A stretch of DNA of 64,000 bases from Alphaproteobacteria bacterium (GTDB lineage: Bacteria > Pseudomonadota > Alphaproteobacteria > GCA-2731375), in the NCBI GenBank assembly GCA_965225945.1, contig CBDDBZ010000025.1, positions 103,994 through 167,993 on the forward strand, read 5' to 3'. Below the pieces are notes generated by a model. That model worked only from the letters and a program-made list of their open reading frames with translations. It was not told the origin of the DNA and did no database searches. Shown here in pieces: positions 29,919 through 40,442 of the stretch. The position numbers and the translations under genes are program-made. How positions within the stretch are numbered: position 1 is the stretch's first letter; each line of letters starts with the position of its first letter.

Positions 29919-31841
29919 TCAGGCCCGCGCCTCGTCCGGTGGCCTCGCTTCGCCGACTAATTTAACGACCGCCCCGTCGAGCGCAAGTATCTCTTGCGCC
30001 TTCGAGCCCAGCCGCCTGACCGCGAGCGTGCGCTCGGCGGCCTCGCGACGCCCGATGGCGATGATCAACGGCACCTTGGCCAGGCTGTGTTCGCGGACCT
30101 TGTAGTTGATCTTTTCGTTGCGGAGATCGGTCTCGACGCGAAGGCCAGCCGCCCGGAGCTCGGCCGCGACCTCGGCCGCGAAGTCGTCGCCGTCCCGGGT
30201 GATCGTCGCCACAACCGCCTGCACCGGGGCGAGCCAGAGCGGCAGTCGTCCGGCGTAGTGCTCCACCAGCACGCCGATGAAGCGCTCGAAAGAGCCGAGG
30301 ATGGCGCGATGCAGCATCACTGGGCGGTGCCGCGCGCCGTCCTCGCCGACATAGCTGGCGTCGAGCCGCTCGGGCAGCACGAAATCGACCTGCAGCGTAC
30401 CGCACTGCCAGTCGCGACCGATCGCGTCGCGGAGCACGAAATCGAGCTTCGGGCCGTAGAAGGCGCCGTCGCCGGGGTTCAACTCGTAGGGCAGGCCGGT
30501 GGCCTCCACCGCCTCCTTCAGCGCGGCTTCCGAGCGATCCCAGACCGCGTCGTCGCCCGCCCGCGTCGGCGGCCGGTCGGCGAACTTCACCATCACCTCC
30601 TCGAAGCCGAAATCGCGGTAAATCCCGATCAGCAGATCGCAAAAGGCGGTGCTCTCCGAGGTGATCTGGTCCTCCGTGCAGAAGATGTGCGCGTCGTCCT
30701 GCACGAAGTTGCGGACCCGGAGCAGACCGTGCAGCGCGCCGGAGGGCTCGTAGCGGTGGCAGGAACCGAACTCCGACATCCTGAGCGGCAGGTCGCGATA
30801 GCTCTTGATGCCTTGCCGGAAGATCTGCACGTGGCAGGGGCAGTTCATCGGCTTCAAGGCGAAGGTCCGCCCCTCGGATTCCGAGGTATACATGTGCTCG
30901 CGGAACTTCTCCCAGTGGCCCGAGGCCTCCCAGAGCATGCGGTCGACGAGTTGGGGGGTCTTCACTTCCTGGTAGTCGGCGGCGTCCAGGCGGCGGCGCA
31001 TGTAGTGCTCGCAGGTCCGATAGAGCGTCCAGCCCTTGGGATGCCAGAAGGCCATGCCGGCCGCCTCTTCCTGGAAATGGTAAAGGTCCATCTCGCGGCC
31101 GAGGCGGCGGTGATCGCGTTTTTCGGCCTCCTCCAGGCGAAACAGATAGGCCTCGAGTTCCTTTTCGTCGCGCCAGCAGGTGCCGTAGATTCGCTGCAGC
31201 ATCGGGTTGCGGTGATCGCCCCGCCAATAGGCGCCGGCGAGCTTCGTCAACTTGAAGCCGGTGCCGACCTGGCCGGTCCGCCCGAGGTGCGGGCCCCGGC
31301 AGAGGTCGACGAAATCACCTTGGCTGTAGAGCGAGATGATCTCGCCCTGGGGAATTTCTGCGATGATCTCGGCCTTGTAGTGCTCGCCGATCGATTTGAA
31401 GTATTCGATCGCGCGGTCCCGCTCCCATTCCATGCGCTGAATCGTCTCGTCGCGGGCGACGATTTCGCGCATGCGCGCCTCCAGCGCCACCAAATCGTCC
31501 GGCGTGAAGGGCGTCTCGCGGGCGAAGTCGTAATAGAAGCCGTCCTCGATCGCCGGGCCGATGGTGACCTGCAGGTCGGGCCAGAGCTCCTTCGCCGCCT
31601 CCGCCAGGACATGGGCGCAGTCGTGGCGCAGGATCTCCAGCGCCTCCTCGGCCGGCCGCGTGATGATCTCGATCGGGGCATCGGCCTCGATCGGCCGCTC
31701 GAGGTCGACCAGCTCGCCGTCGACGCGCGCGACCAGGGCATCGCGGGCGAGATCGGCACCGATATCGGCCGCGACCCGCGCGGCCGTCACCGGGCCGTCG
31801 TAATCCGTGATGCTGCCGTCGGGCAGCGTAATCGCGACCAT
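29919..31841 (-). CDS. thrS: Threonine--tRNA ligase
   Basis: TGS domain, [54 protein letters not shown]. Confidence 0.98.
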   Translation of the reverse strand: MVAITLPDGSITDYDGPVTAARVAADIGADLARDALVARVDGELVDLERPIEADAPIEIITRPAEEALEILRHDCAHVLAEAAKELWPDLQVTIGPAIEDGFYYDFARETPFTPDDLVALEARMREIVARDETIQRMEWERDRAIEYFKSIGEHYKAEIIAEIPQGEIISLYSQGDFVDLCRGPHLGRTGQVGTGFKLTKLAGAYWRGDHRNPMLQRIYGTCWRDEKELEAYLFRLEEAEKRDHRRLGREMDLYHFQEEAAGMAFWHPKGWTLYRTCEHYMRRRLDAADYQEVKTPQLVDRMLWEASGHWEKFREHMYTSESEGRTFALKPMNCPCHVQIFRQGIKSYRDLPLRMSEFGSCHRYEPSGALHGLLRVRNFVQDDAHIFCTEDQITSESTAFCDLLIGIYRDFGFEEVMVKFADRPPTRAGDDAVWDRSEAALKEAVEATGLPYELNPGDGAFYGPKLDFVLRDAIGRDWQCGTLQVDFVLPERLDASYVGEDGARHRPVMLHRAILGSFERFIGVLVEHYAGRLPLWLAPVQAVVATITRDGDDFAAEVAAELRAAGLRVETDLRNEKINYKVREHSLAKVPLIIAIGRREAAERTLAVRRLGSKAQEILALDGAVVKLVGEARPPDEARA

Positions 31842-32028
31842 GGGAACGCTCTCGTTCGGATTTCGCTATATCGGTCAATGTCTTCGCGCGACCCTGGGGC
31901 CGACGCAAGGCGGAAGGTAAGCCTCTTGGCCAAGCTGTCAAGCGGCTAGCTGAGGCGAAGATCGTCAGGGCCGAGCCATTGCGCTAACCTCCCCGCTTCG
32001 GTGCGGGGGAGCGCGGGAGGGCTGGCGT

Positions 32029-33336
32029 ATGGCGCGGGATCTGGCGGCGATCGCCAAGCAGCAGGGCATCAAGTATTTTCTGATCAGCTTCGTCGATTTG
32101 TTCGGCGGGTTGCGCGCCAAGCTGGTCCCGGCGCGCGCGATCGCCGATATGCAGGCCTCGGGCGCCGGTTTTGCCGGTTTTGCCGCCTGGCTCGACATGA
32201 CGCCGGCGGATCCCGACATGTTCGCCGTTCCCGATCCTGAGAGCCTGATCCAACTCCCCTGGAAGCCCGAGGTGGGTTGGCTGGCGGCCGATCTCTGGAT
32301 GGACGGGGTCGAGGTCGAGGCCTCTCCCCGGGTGGCGCTGAAGCGCCAGGTCGCCCGGGCCGCCGAGTCCGGATACCGGATGAAATCGGGCGTCGAGTGC
32401 GAATATTTTCTGATGTCGCCGGACGGCCGGTCGATCTCCGATCCCTTCGACACCCAGGAAAAGCCCTGCTACGACCAGTCGGCCCTGATGCGGCGCTACG
32501 ACGTCGTCTCCGAGATTTGCGACCACATGATCGAGCTCGGCTGGGAGCCCTATCAGAACGATCACGAAGACGCCAACGGCCAGTTCGAGATGAACTGGGA
32601 CTACGACGATTGCCTGACGACGGCCGATCGCCACGTCTTCTTCAAATACATGGTGAAGGCGGTGGCCGAGACGCACGGCTTTCGCGCCACCTTCATGCCG
32701 AAGCCCTTCGTCGACCTCACGGGCAACGGCTGCCACGCCCACATCTCGCTCTGGAACAGAAACGGGCGGCGCAACCTGTTCCTCGACGACAAGGACGAGA
32801 TGGGCCTTTCGGCCACCGCCTATAACTTTCTGGGCGGAATCATCCACTCGGCCGAGGCGCTCTGCGCGATCTTCAACCCGACCGTCAACAGCTACAAGCG
32901 GCTCAACGCCGCTCCGACGCTCTCCGGTGCCAGCTGGTCGCCGAACGCGGTCTCCTATTCCGGCAACAACCGCACCCACATGATCCGCATTCCCGATCCC
33001 GGCAGGTTCGAGCTTCGGCTGATGGACGGCGCCGCCAACCCCTACCTGTTGCAGGCGGGCGTGCTCTGCGCCGGTCTCGACGGCATCGCCAATGAACGCG
33101 ATCCGGGCAAGCGCCTCGACATCAATATGTACACCGACGGTCACAAGGTCCGGGGCCTGAAGCGGCTGCCGCTGACGCTGCACGACGCGCTCCGTATCGC
33201 CGAGAAGTCCAAGGTGCTGCGCCAAGGGCTGGGCGCGCCGGTGATGGATGCCTATCTCAAGCTCAAGATGGCGGAATGGCACCGCTTCACCCTGCACTTG
33301 AGCGAGTGGGAGCGCCAGAACACCCTGGACATCTGA
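32029..33336 (+). CDS. glnT: Type III glutamate-ammonia ligase GlnT / gamma-glutamylmethylamide synthetase-like
   Basis: GIKYFLISFVDLFG..RAKLVP, KPCYDQSALMRRYD, YQNDHEDANGQFEMNW, TFMPKPF, GNNRTHMIR. Confidence 0.85.
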   Translation: MARDLAAIAKQQGIKYFLISFVDLFGGLRAKLVPARAIADMQASGAGFAGFAAWLDMTPADPDMFAVPDPESLIQLPWKPEVGWLAADLWMDGVEVEASPRVALKRQVARAAESGYRMKSGVECEYFLMSPDGRSISDPFDTQEKPCYDQSALMRRYDVVSEICDHMIELGWEPYQNDHEDANGQFEMNWDYDDCLTTADRHVFFKYMVKAVAETHGFRATFMPKPFVDLTGNGCHAHISLWNRNGRRNLFLDDKDEMGLSATAYNFLGGIIHSAEALCAIFNPTVNSYKRLNAAPTLSGASWSPNAVSYSGNNRTHMIRIPDPGRFELRLMDGAANPYLLQAGVLCAGLDGIANERDPGKRLDINMYTDGHKVRGLKRLPLTLHDALRIAEKSKVLRQGLGAPVMDAYLKLKMAEWHRFTLHLSEWERQNTLDI

Positions 33337-33423
33337 GGCCGATGGGTATTGAACTCGACCCGTCTCGGGTCATGCCCGCGAAGGCGAAGCGAAGGACTAT
33401 TTAACAGGGCACGAGGTGACGAT

Positions 33424-34374
33424 ATGGCGATGAGCAACGTCACGATCTTCGGTGGCTCCGGCTTCCTCGGTCGCCATCTCGTCAAGCGGCTGGCCGGGAA
33501 GGGGGTGCGGGTCCGGGTCGCGGTTCGCGATCCGGAAGCGGCGGCCTTTCTGCAACCGATGGGCGATGTCGGCCAGATCGCCGCCGTCCGGGTCAACATT
33601 CGCGATGCCACCAGCACCCGCCGCGCCGTCCTGGGCGCGGACGCGGTGGTCAACGCCGTCGGCATCCTGTATCAATTCGGCGCCCAGCGCTTCGAGGCGA
33701 TCCACCATCAGGGCGCCTGCAACGTCGCCGAGGCGGCCCGCGCCGAGGGCGTGCGGCGCTTCATCCACGTTTCCGCCATCGGCGCCGACGCCGAGAGCAC
33801 GTCGATCTACGCCCGCACCAAGGGGCTCGGCGAACAGGCCGTGGCGGCGATCGATTCGGCCACGACGATCGTGCGCCCCTCGGTCGTCTTCGGGCCGGAG
33901 GACGACTTCTTCAACCGCTTCGGCGCCATGGCGCGCCTCTCGCCGGTCCTGCCGCTGCCCGGCGGCGGCCATACCCGCTTCCAGCCGGTCTACGTCGGCG
34001 ACGTCGCCGAGGCGATCGTGAGCATTCTGCAGGACGGCGCCACCAGCGGCCTCAGCTACGACCTGGGCGGCCCCCGGGTGCACAGCTTCAAGGAGCTGAT
34101 GGAGCTGGTGCTGGAGGTTACGGGACGCAAGCGGCTGCTGGTGCCGGTGCCGCTCGCGATCCTCAAGTTGCAGGCGACCTTCCTGCAGCTTCTGCCGGTG
34201 CCGCCGTTGACCCGCGACCAGGTCGAGCTGCTGAAATACGACAACGTCTGCGGGGACGGCGCGCCGGGCCTCGTCGATCTCGGCGTCGAGCCGACGGCGG
34301 CCGAGGCGATCCTGGAGAGCTACATGTACCGCTACCGCCGCTCCGGCAAGCTGGCCGGATCGCGTTTCGCCTGA
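33424..34374 (+). CDS. Complex I NDUFA9-subunit family SDR protein
   Basis: TIFGGSGFLGR, LQPMGDVGQI, SAIGAD, YARTK, RPSVVFGPED.FFNRF, FQPVYVGDVA. Confidence 0.93.
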   Translation: MAMSNVTIFGGSGFLGRHLVKRLAGKGVRVRVAVRDPEAAAFLQPMGDVGQIAAVRVNIRDATSTRRAVLGADAVVNAVGILYQFGAQRFEAIHHQGACNVAEAARAEGVRRFIHVSAIGADAESTSIYARTKGLGEQAVAAIDSATTIVRPSVVFGPEDDFFNRFGAMARLSPVLPLPGGGHTRFQPVYVGDVAEAIVSILQDGATSGLSYDLGGPRVHSFKELMELVLEVTGRKRLLVPVPLAILKLQATFLQLLPVPPLTRDQVELLKYDNVCGDGAPGLVDLGVEPTAAEAILESYMYRYRRSGKLAGSRFA

Positions 34375-34651
34375 TCGGCGGGGGCGAGAGGGCCCGGGCG
34401 CGAAGCGATCGCCATGCTGGATTCCGTCCTGACATTTCTGCTGGGCATGCTCGGCACGCCCGCGCCGAGGCCGCCGCGGGGCTCGTCGAGGCGCTGCTCC
34501 GAGCGGGCTGAGTTCGGCTTGCCCGGCCGCTCCTCGGCGACATCGCCGCTGCCTCCCCCACTTGCCACCGTCAATTCCGAGCCCTGGCGAGGGGCCTGGC
34601 GAGGGGCTGAGCGTCTGGCCGTCGCCGAGGTTCGCTTCGACCCGCCTGGCC

Positions 34652-34680
34652 TTGACAGGGCTTCGGGGCCGCCCCTATAT
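34652..34680 (+). promoter_or_regulatory. Putative sigma70 promoter of tRNA-Ala
   Basis: TTGACA-N17-CTATAT. Confidence 0.6.
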
Positions 34681-34738
34681 CCGGATCGCGCCGGGCCGGC
34701 GGGCGAGCCGCCCGATGTCGGCGGCGTGGATGGCGGAT

Positions 34739-34814
<76 letters not shown>

Positions 34815-35078
34815 GCCCCGCCGGACCACCGGACGCGGATCTGCCGTCCAGCGAAATTGCCTCTATATTTCAGTTACTTGCGCCAATATCGCCGGCCATT
34901 TCGGGGCAGAGAGACGGCGCATTTGCGGGATTCCTCTCGGAATTCGGAGACCGTCTCCGTTGGCGCTTTCCGGTAGCCCCACTTTTCAGTGGATACCGGC
35001 GGGGGTGGGTCAGGCGAAGCCGAGTAATCGGCGCTGATCGACCCATTTCGGTGGCACTCTGCCGAGGCGCGCCTTTCT

Positions 35079-36188
35079 CTAATGAAAGCAACCGCGCGCG
35101 GCGATGGGCCACACGGCCTCGACCCGGCCGTCGCGGACGCAGACGTAGTGGTCCCAACGATCGGTCATGGAGTCCTGGTGGCCGCTCGAGAGCAGAAACT
35201 GTTCGCCGAGCTCGAGCCCCCTCTTGCCGCTCGTTCGGAGCGTGATGTGCTCCTCGTGCAATGCCTCGACCGCGACGCCGTCCCGTCCCTCGACCCGTGG
35301 CCAGGCGCGGAAGCCGAGCGCGCGGGTGCCGACGTCGCCGATCGCGATGCCTGGGCGCGGCGTGCTGATGACGGTCGCCAGGACCTTGGCGGCGATCTGG
35401 AACTCGCGCATGTAGTCGAAGGAATGGCTCATCAGCATGTAGGTGCCGCCCTCGACCTCGGTGATGCCGGGCATCGTCGCCGCGATGTCGTAGGAGAAGG
35501 TCTCGCCCGAGGAGACGACCTCGACCGCGATGCCCTCGGCCTCGATCGCCGCCTTGACGTCGAGGCACATGGCCATGAAGGGGACGCCGTCGCGGATCCG
35601 GGTCTCGCGGTCGGGTTTTCCAGGGAGCGTCTGGTGGCTCATCACGCCCTTGAAGGCGATTGAGGGAAGTGCGTTGGCCAGTTTTGCCAGCGCAACGCCC
35701 TTCTCGATCCCGCCCTGATCAGCCCAGCGGACGCCTGCCCGCCGCGCCGAGGTCGCGACCTCGACCACGACGCCGATGATGACGCCGTGGCGTTCCGCCG
35801 CCCGGGAGAGTTGGCGGAGGTTCTCCGCGTCGTCGACCGCGACCCGGAGCGTGGCGCGCCTCGCCAGCGCCGCCAGGCGCTCGATCTTGTCCGCGCCGAC
35901 GATCTGGTTGGCGATCAGGACGTTCTGGATGCCGCCCTCTACCATCACCTCGGCCTCCGAGACCTTGGCGCTGCATATTCGCTCGTCGGTGCCGCCGGCG
36001 CGGAACTGCATGTGGGCGATGATCGGGCATTTGGTGTTCTTCACGTGATGGCCCATCTTGCAAACCGTGTCGCGGTAGGTCTCGGCCACGACCCGCTGGT
36101 TGTGTTCGAGCGCCGCCATGTCGATCAGCAGGCAGGGTGTGTCGAGTTCCGCCAGCGGCGTGCCGATCGGCGGTCGATAGGAGTCCAT
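35079..36188 (-). CDS. DSD1/D-threonine aldolase-like fold-type III PLP enzyme (Lys retained)
   Basis: LDTPCLLID, HVKNTKCP, AKVSEAEV, IANQIVG, EEH, GHQD, W.IAARG. Confidence 0.85.
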   Translation of the reverse strand: MDSYRPPIGTPLAELDTPCLLIDMAALEHNQRVVAETYRDTVCKMGHHVKNTKCPIIAHMQFRAGGTDERICSAKVSEAEVMVEGGIQNVLIANQIVGADKIERLAALARRATLRVAVDDAENLRQLSRAAERHGVIIGVVVEVATSARRAGVRWADQGGIEKGVALAKLANALPSIAFKGVMSHQTLPGKPDRETRIRDGVPFMAMCLDVKAAIEAEGIAVEVVSSGETFSYDIAATMPGITEVEGGTYMLMSHSFDYMREFQIAAKVLATVISTPRPGIAIGDVGTRALGFRAWPRVEGRDGVAVEALHEEHITLRTSGKRGLELGEQFLLSSGHQDSMTDRWDHYVCVRDGRVEAVWPIAARGCFH

Positions 36189-36218
36189 GATGATCCTCTC
36201 TTCGTTGCGCGAGCCACC

Positions 36219-37352
36219 TCAGCGATAGCGGCCGCGCGCGCTGATGTCCCAGACCGCCTCCAGGCGCCCGTCCAGGTGGGCATGTGCGAAATCGTGCAGG
36301 TTGGCGCACATGCCGGCATCGGAGGGCACGAGGAGGGCCTTGCTGCCGTGCCGAATCGCGCCGTCGAGTGGTTCCGCGAAGTTCAGCTCGCCGTGCTCGG
36401 CCGACATCATGGCTTCGTTGACGTGAGCGGTGGGCGCCGCGGCGAGGCCGAGGATCCGCTCGAGCCGCGCCGGCCCGGCGTCCATGCCGACGGCCTTGAC
36501 GCCCGCGTCGGTGATGGCGACGCCGGGCTCGGGCCGGCTGACGACGCTGGCGAGCACGTGGGCCGCGGGCCAGAGCTCGGCGCGGATGTCCTGGTAGCGC
36601 CCGTCCATCAGGGCATAGGCGCCGGCTGGCACTTCGCTCACTCCGTCCATGGCGCCGACGATCTCGTAGTTGTGGCTGGCGCCGAGGCTCACCACCTCGA
36701 CCTCGATGCCGGCTCGCTCGACCAACGCGCGGCTGTCGAGGAGCTTCTCGAGGCAGGCGCGCGTCTCCGCGGTCCGTGCCTCGGCATCGGGATCGAGGAT
36801 CGGGCCCTCGTAGCTCGCGAGACCGCGGAAATCGAGGTTCGAAGCCGCCGCCGCCCGCTCGGCGAGCGCCAGCACCGGCGCGCCCGGCGCCACGCCGCAG
36901 CGGCCGAGGCGGGTGTCGACCTCCACCAGCACGCCGATCTCGACGCCGGCCGCAATGGCCGCCTCGGAGAGTTGGGCGAGGTTTCGCGCATTGTCGAGCG
37001 CGACGGCCACGCGCGCCCGGCGCGCCAGGGCCGAGAGCCGCTCGATCTTCGGCGCCGTCACGACCTGGTTGGCGATCGCGATGTCGTCGATGCCGGCGGC
37101 GGCGAACACTTCCGCCTGGCCGAGGGTGCCGACGGAGATGCCGCCGACGGTGCCGCCGGCGGCCAGTTGGCGGTGCGCGATGGCGGGGCAGCGGTGGGCC
37201 TCGACATGCGGGCGAAGCTTGGCCGGGCGGTCGCGGAAGAAGCCGTGCACCGTCTCGATGTTGTGCTCGAGCGCGGCGAGGTCGATCAGCAGCGAGGGGG
37301 TGTCGAGCGCCTCGAGTGGCGTTCCGACGGGCTTGAAGAGGGGGCGTTCCAT
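36219..37352 (-). CDS. DSD1/D-threonine aldolase-like paralogue lacking the PLP lysine
   Basis: LDTPSLLID, RPHVEAHRCP (K to E), RCGV, SYEG, GAYALMD, SAEHG, PSDAG where PxHxC/D is expected. Confidence 0.85.
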   Translation of the reverse strand: MERPLFKPVGTPLEALDTPSLLIDLAALEHNIETVHGFFRDRPAKLRPHVEAHRCPAIAHRQLAAGGTVGGISVGTLGQAEVFAAAGIDDIAIANQVVTAPKIERLSALARRARVAVALDNARNLAQLSEAAIAAGVEIGVLVEVDTRLGRCGVAPGAPVLALAERAAAASNLDFRGLASYEGPILDPDAEARTAETRACLEKLLDSRALVERAGIEVEVVSLGASHNYEIVGAMDGVSEVPAGAYALMDGRYQDIRAELWPAAHVLASVVSRPEPGVAITDAGVKAVGMDAGPARLERILGLAAAPTAHVNEAMMSAEHGELNFAEPLDGAIRHGSKALLVPSDAGMCANLHDFAHAHLDGRLEAVWDISARGRYR

Positions 37353-37368
37353 CGGCGCTTCGCGCGGC

Positions 37369-38751
37369 TCAGTCCTGCCCGCCGGCGGTCGCGGCGAGGG
37401 AGCCGGAGTTGGTGAAGTCCAGGTGCCTCGGGTGGCCGTCGAGGGCGCGGCGGACGGCGCTCTCCAGGCGGCCGACCGCCTCGTCGATCTCCGCCTCGGT
37501 GATCACCAGGGCCGGGCAGATGCGGATGAAGTTCTTGACCGCGATCAGCACCAGCCCCTCCTGAAGCGCGTTGTAGCGGATTCGCTCCGCCATCGCGGGG
37601 TCGGGCCGCCGGCCGCCGCCGGGCGCGACGATGTCGAGCATCCAATAGAGGCCCCGGCCGCGCACGTCGCCGATCGGCTCGAATTCGTCAGCCAGCTGGC
37701 GAAGCCGGCGCTCCATCACCGTGCCCAGGCGGGCGGCGCGACCGGCGTAATCGTCGCGCAACACGATCTGCAACTGCTTCAGCGCGACGGCGGCCGGCAG
37801 CGGGTCGCCCGAATAGGTCCCGGCCCAGGGCAGGCCCGCCTTGCCGCGCGATTCCTCCGCGATTTCGCGCGTCGTCACCGTGCCAGCGATGCCGAGGCCT
37901 GCCGTCATGCCCTTGCCGAAGGTGACGACGTCCGGCACCACGCCATCCCTCTGGAAGCCCCACATGTGGCCGGTCTTGGCCGGCGCCAACTGCGCCTCGT
38001 CCAGCACCAGCAGCGCGCCCCAGCGGGCCGCCAGATCCTTCAATCGCGCGAGCCATTCGCCCGGCGGCACCACCATGCCGCCCGCGACCGGGATGGTCTC
38101 GGCCAGGATCGCCGCGATGTTCCGGCTGGTGACGTGCTCCATCAGCTCTTCGCTCGCCGCCAGGCAGGCGATGTCACAGGCCGGGTATTCCAGGTTGATC
38201 GGGCAGCGATAGCACAAGGGCGCATAGATGGCGTTGCGGTGGGCCGGCAGCATCAGCGGCCCGAGCCCGGCCTTGCGGCCGCCGCCGACGCTGGTCACCG
38301 CCTCGGCCGCCAGGCTGCCGCCGTGCAGGCCCCGGATGAGCGAGACCATGTCGTACTTGCCGGTGACGCCCAAGGCCATCCGCATGGCGATCTCGTTCGC
38401 CTCCGAGCCGGTGACGGCGAAGTTCACCACGTCCAGCCCCTGCGGCAGGGTCGAGGCGATCAGCTCGGCGAATTCCACCAGCCAGGGATTGGAGAACCAG
38501 GAGGACTGATGCACCAGGCGTTCGGCCTGGGCCTTGATCTCTTCCGTCAGCTCCGGGTGGCCATGGCCCAGCACCATGCACATCATGCCGGCGGTCATGT
38601 CGACATAGTCGTTGCCGTCGACGTCGGTGAGGTGGATGCCGTGCCCGCCCGAGAACATGATCCGGGGCTCGTAGCGCCAGCCGATGATGTGTTCCTCGTC
38701 CCGCGCCATCAAGTCGTGGTGGGCGTTGGAAAACTGGAATTCGCTGGTCAT
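37369..38751 (-). CDS. Class-III PLP aminotransferase
   Basis: DVDGNDYVD, LGHGHP, TGSEANE, LDEAQ, PDVVTFGKG, GDVRGRGL; ATGA overlap with hyuB-like gene. Confidence 0.9.
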   Translation of the reverse strand: MTSEFQFSNAHHDLMARDEEHIIGWRYEPRIMFSGGHGIHLTDVDGNDYVDMTAGMMCMVLGHGHPELTEEIKAQAERLVHQSSWFSNPWLVEFAELIASTLPQGLDVVNFAVTGSEANEIAMRMALGVTGKYDMVSLIRGLHGGSLAAEAVTSVGGGRKAGLGPLMLPAHRNAIYAPLCYRCPINLEYPACDIACLAASEELMEHVTSRNIAAILAETIPVAGGMVVPPGEWLARLKDLAARWGALLVLDEAQLAPAKTGHMWGFQRDGVVPDVVTFGKGMTAGLGIAGTVTTREIAEESRGKAGLPWAGTYSGDPLPAAVALKQLQIVLRDDYAGRAARLGTVMERRLRQLADEFEPIGDVRGRGLYWMLDIVAPGGGRRPDPAMAERIRYNALQEGLVLIAVKNFIRICPALVITEAEIDEAVGRLESAVRRALDGHPRHLDFTNSGSLAATAGGQD

Positions 38752-40442
38752 GGCGTCTCGTCCTCCTCGGTTGCCTCGCCGCGGGGATAGCCGTAGTCGC
38801 GCTTGGCGCCCTCGGGCGTCACGTAGCCGTCCGCCAGGTCGGCCAGAATCGCCGCCGCCGGGCGCTCCCCGGGCTTGCCGTGGCCGCCGCCGCCCGGGCA
38901 GCGGAGGCTGAGCCGCTGGCCGGAATGAAAAGCGACGTTGGGCGAGCTGGTGGGGGGAATCGGCTCGCCGTCGACCGAGATGCGGCCGAGTCCGCCGGCG
39001 CCGCCGCCGAAGAGACCCAAGGGGCCCGCCGCCATGCGTCCGGCCGAACCCGAGAGAATGAGCGGCACCGCGGCGTCGACGTCGCCATGGCCGGCCAGCA
39101 CCAGCTCTTCGCCGAGGCCGCCGCGCCAGCGCCCCGGGCCGCCCGAATCGGCGATCAGCTCGCGCCGCTCGAACAGCACCGGCGTCTCGACCTCCGACCA
39201 TTCGATCGAGACGTCGCGCACGTTGTAGGGGAAGCTGATCGAGGCGAGGCCGTCGCGCCCGGGCCGGCCGCCCATCCCGCCGAAGGCGTGCTGATGCAGC
39301 GCGAACAGCTCGCCGTTTCGCCTGACACCGTTGACGTAGAACTGCCAAGTGGGTAGCGAGCCGGATTCCGCCGGCGCGCGGTCGGGCGCGATGTCGGCCA
39401 GGATGCGGAACATCAGGTCGGAGACCAGCATGCCCGCGGCGAGCCGCCAGAAGCAGGCCGCCGGATAGGTCGGGTTCAACAGGCAGCCCTCGGGCGCTTG
39501 AATTCGCATCGGCAGATAGGTGCCCTCGTTGTTGGGCAGTTCCGGGTCGCAAACCATCTTCATCGGCACCGCGACATAAGCGCGGGTGTAATTCATCGGG
39601 CAATTTACCGGCCGGCGGACCTGGCGCGAGGTGCCGGCGAGGTCGACGGCGATTTCGTCCCCTTCGATCGCCAGTTCGAGCGCGATGGTCGGGCGCTCGT
39701 CCAGTCCCTCGATCTCCAGCGTGGTCTCGCGCCGGTGCCGGCCGTCGGGGAGCGAGGCGATGCCGCGGCGCATGCCGGCCTCGGTGCGGCGGATGATCTC
39801 GTCGGCAACCGGCAAGAGGGAGGGCAGGCGGAACTCCCGCGCCAGCGCCTCCATGGCGCCGGCGCCGATCCAGCCGGCGGAGACCTGAGCCCGGATGTCG
39901 CCGATCATCATCTCGGAGAAGCGCACGTTTCGCCGCAGCAGCTGGAACAGATCCTGGTTCGCCCGGCCCTCGGCATAGAGGCGGAGCATGGGAATGATCA
40001 GACCTTCCTCGTAGACCTCTTCGGCGAGGCCCGAGCCCTTGCGCCCGCCGATGTCGACGTGATGCACGCTGTTGACCGAGAAGCCGATGAACCTCTCGTC
40101 GAGGAACGCCGGCGTGGCGATGAAGACATCGGCGGTCTGCCCGTTGCAGAGCCAGGGGTCGTTGCAGATGAAGACGTCGCCCGGACGGATCGTCTCGGGC
40201 GGAAAGGCCGCCATCAGGTTCTTGCCGAACACGGGCATCACGCCCGTGTGGCCGGTGGCGCCGAGCCAGGTCTGGGCGATCAAATTGCCGCGGGCATCGC
40301 AGAGCCCGGTCGACATGTCGTGGACCTCGATCACGTCGTGAGAGAAGGCGGTGCGGAACAGCGTCGTCGCCATCTCGTCGGCGATGGCGATGAGACGCGG
40401 CCAGATGATCTCCAGCGGCAGTTCGGTCGGTGGAGCGTTCAT
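38748..40442 (-). CDS. Hydantoinase B/oxoprolinase family protein
   Basis: RTAFS, PGDVFICNDPW, HHVDIGG, EEGLIIP, GGMGGR, DSGGPGRWRGG, PGGGG. Confidence 0.92.
   Translation of the reverse strand: MNAPPTELPLEIIWPRLIAIADEMATTLFRTAFSHDVIEVHDMSTGLCDARGNLIAQTWLGATGHTGVMPVFGKNLMAAFPPETIRPGDVFICNDPWLCNGQTADVFIATPAFLDERFIGFSVNSVHHVDIGGRKGSGLAEEVYEEGLIIPMLRLYAEGRANQDLFQLLRRNVRFSEMMIGDIRAQVSAGWIGAGAMEALAREFRLPSLLPVADEIIRRTEAGMRRGIASLPDGRHRRETTLEIEGLDERPTIALELAIEGDEIAVDLAGTSRQVRRPVNCPMNYTRAYVAVPMKMVCDPELPNNEGTYLPMRIQAPEGCLLNPTYPAACFWRLAAGMLVSDLMFRILADIAPDRAPAESGSLPTWQFYVNGVRRNGELFALHQHAFGGMGGRPGRDGLASISFPYNVRDVSIEWSEVETPVLFERRELIADSGGPGRWRGGLGEELVLAGHGDVDAAVPLILSGSAGRMAAGPLGLFGGGAGGLGRISVDGEPIPPTSSPNVAFHSGQRLSLRCPGGGGHGKPGERPAAAILADLADGYVTPEGAKRDYGYPRGEATEEDETP

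Noticed and set aside
29994-31949. Long antisense ORFs (here, and e.g. 19849-21489, 40430-42403, 49571-51553)
   Set aside because: Mirror frames of well-supported genes, with no motifs; expected at this GC content
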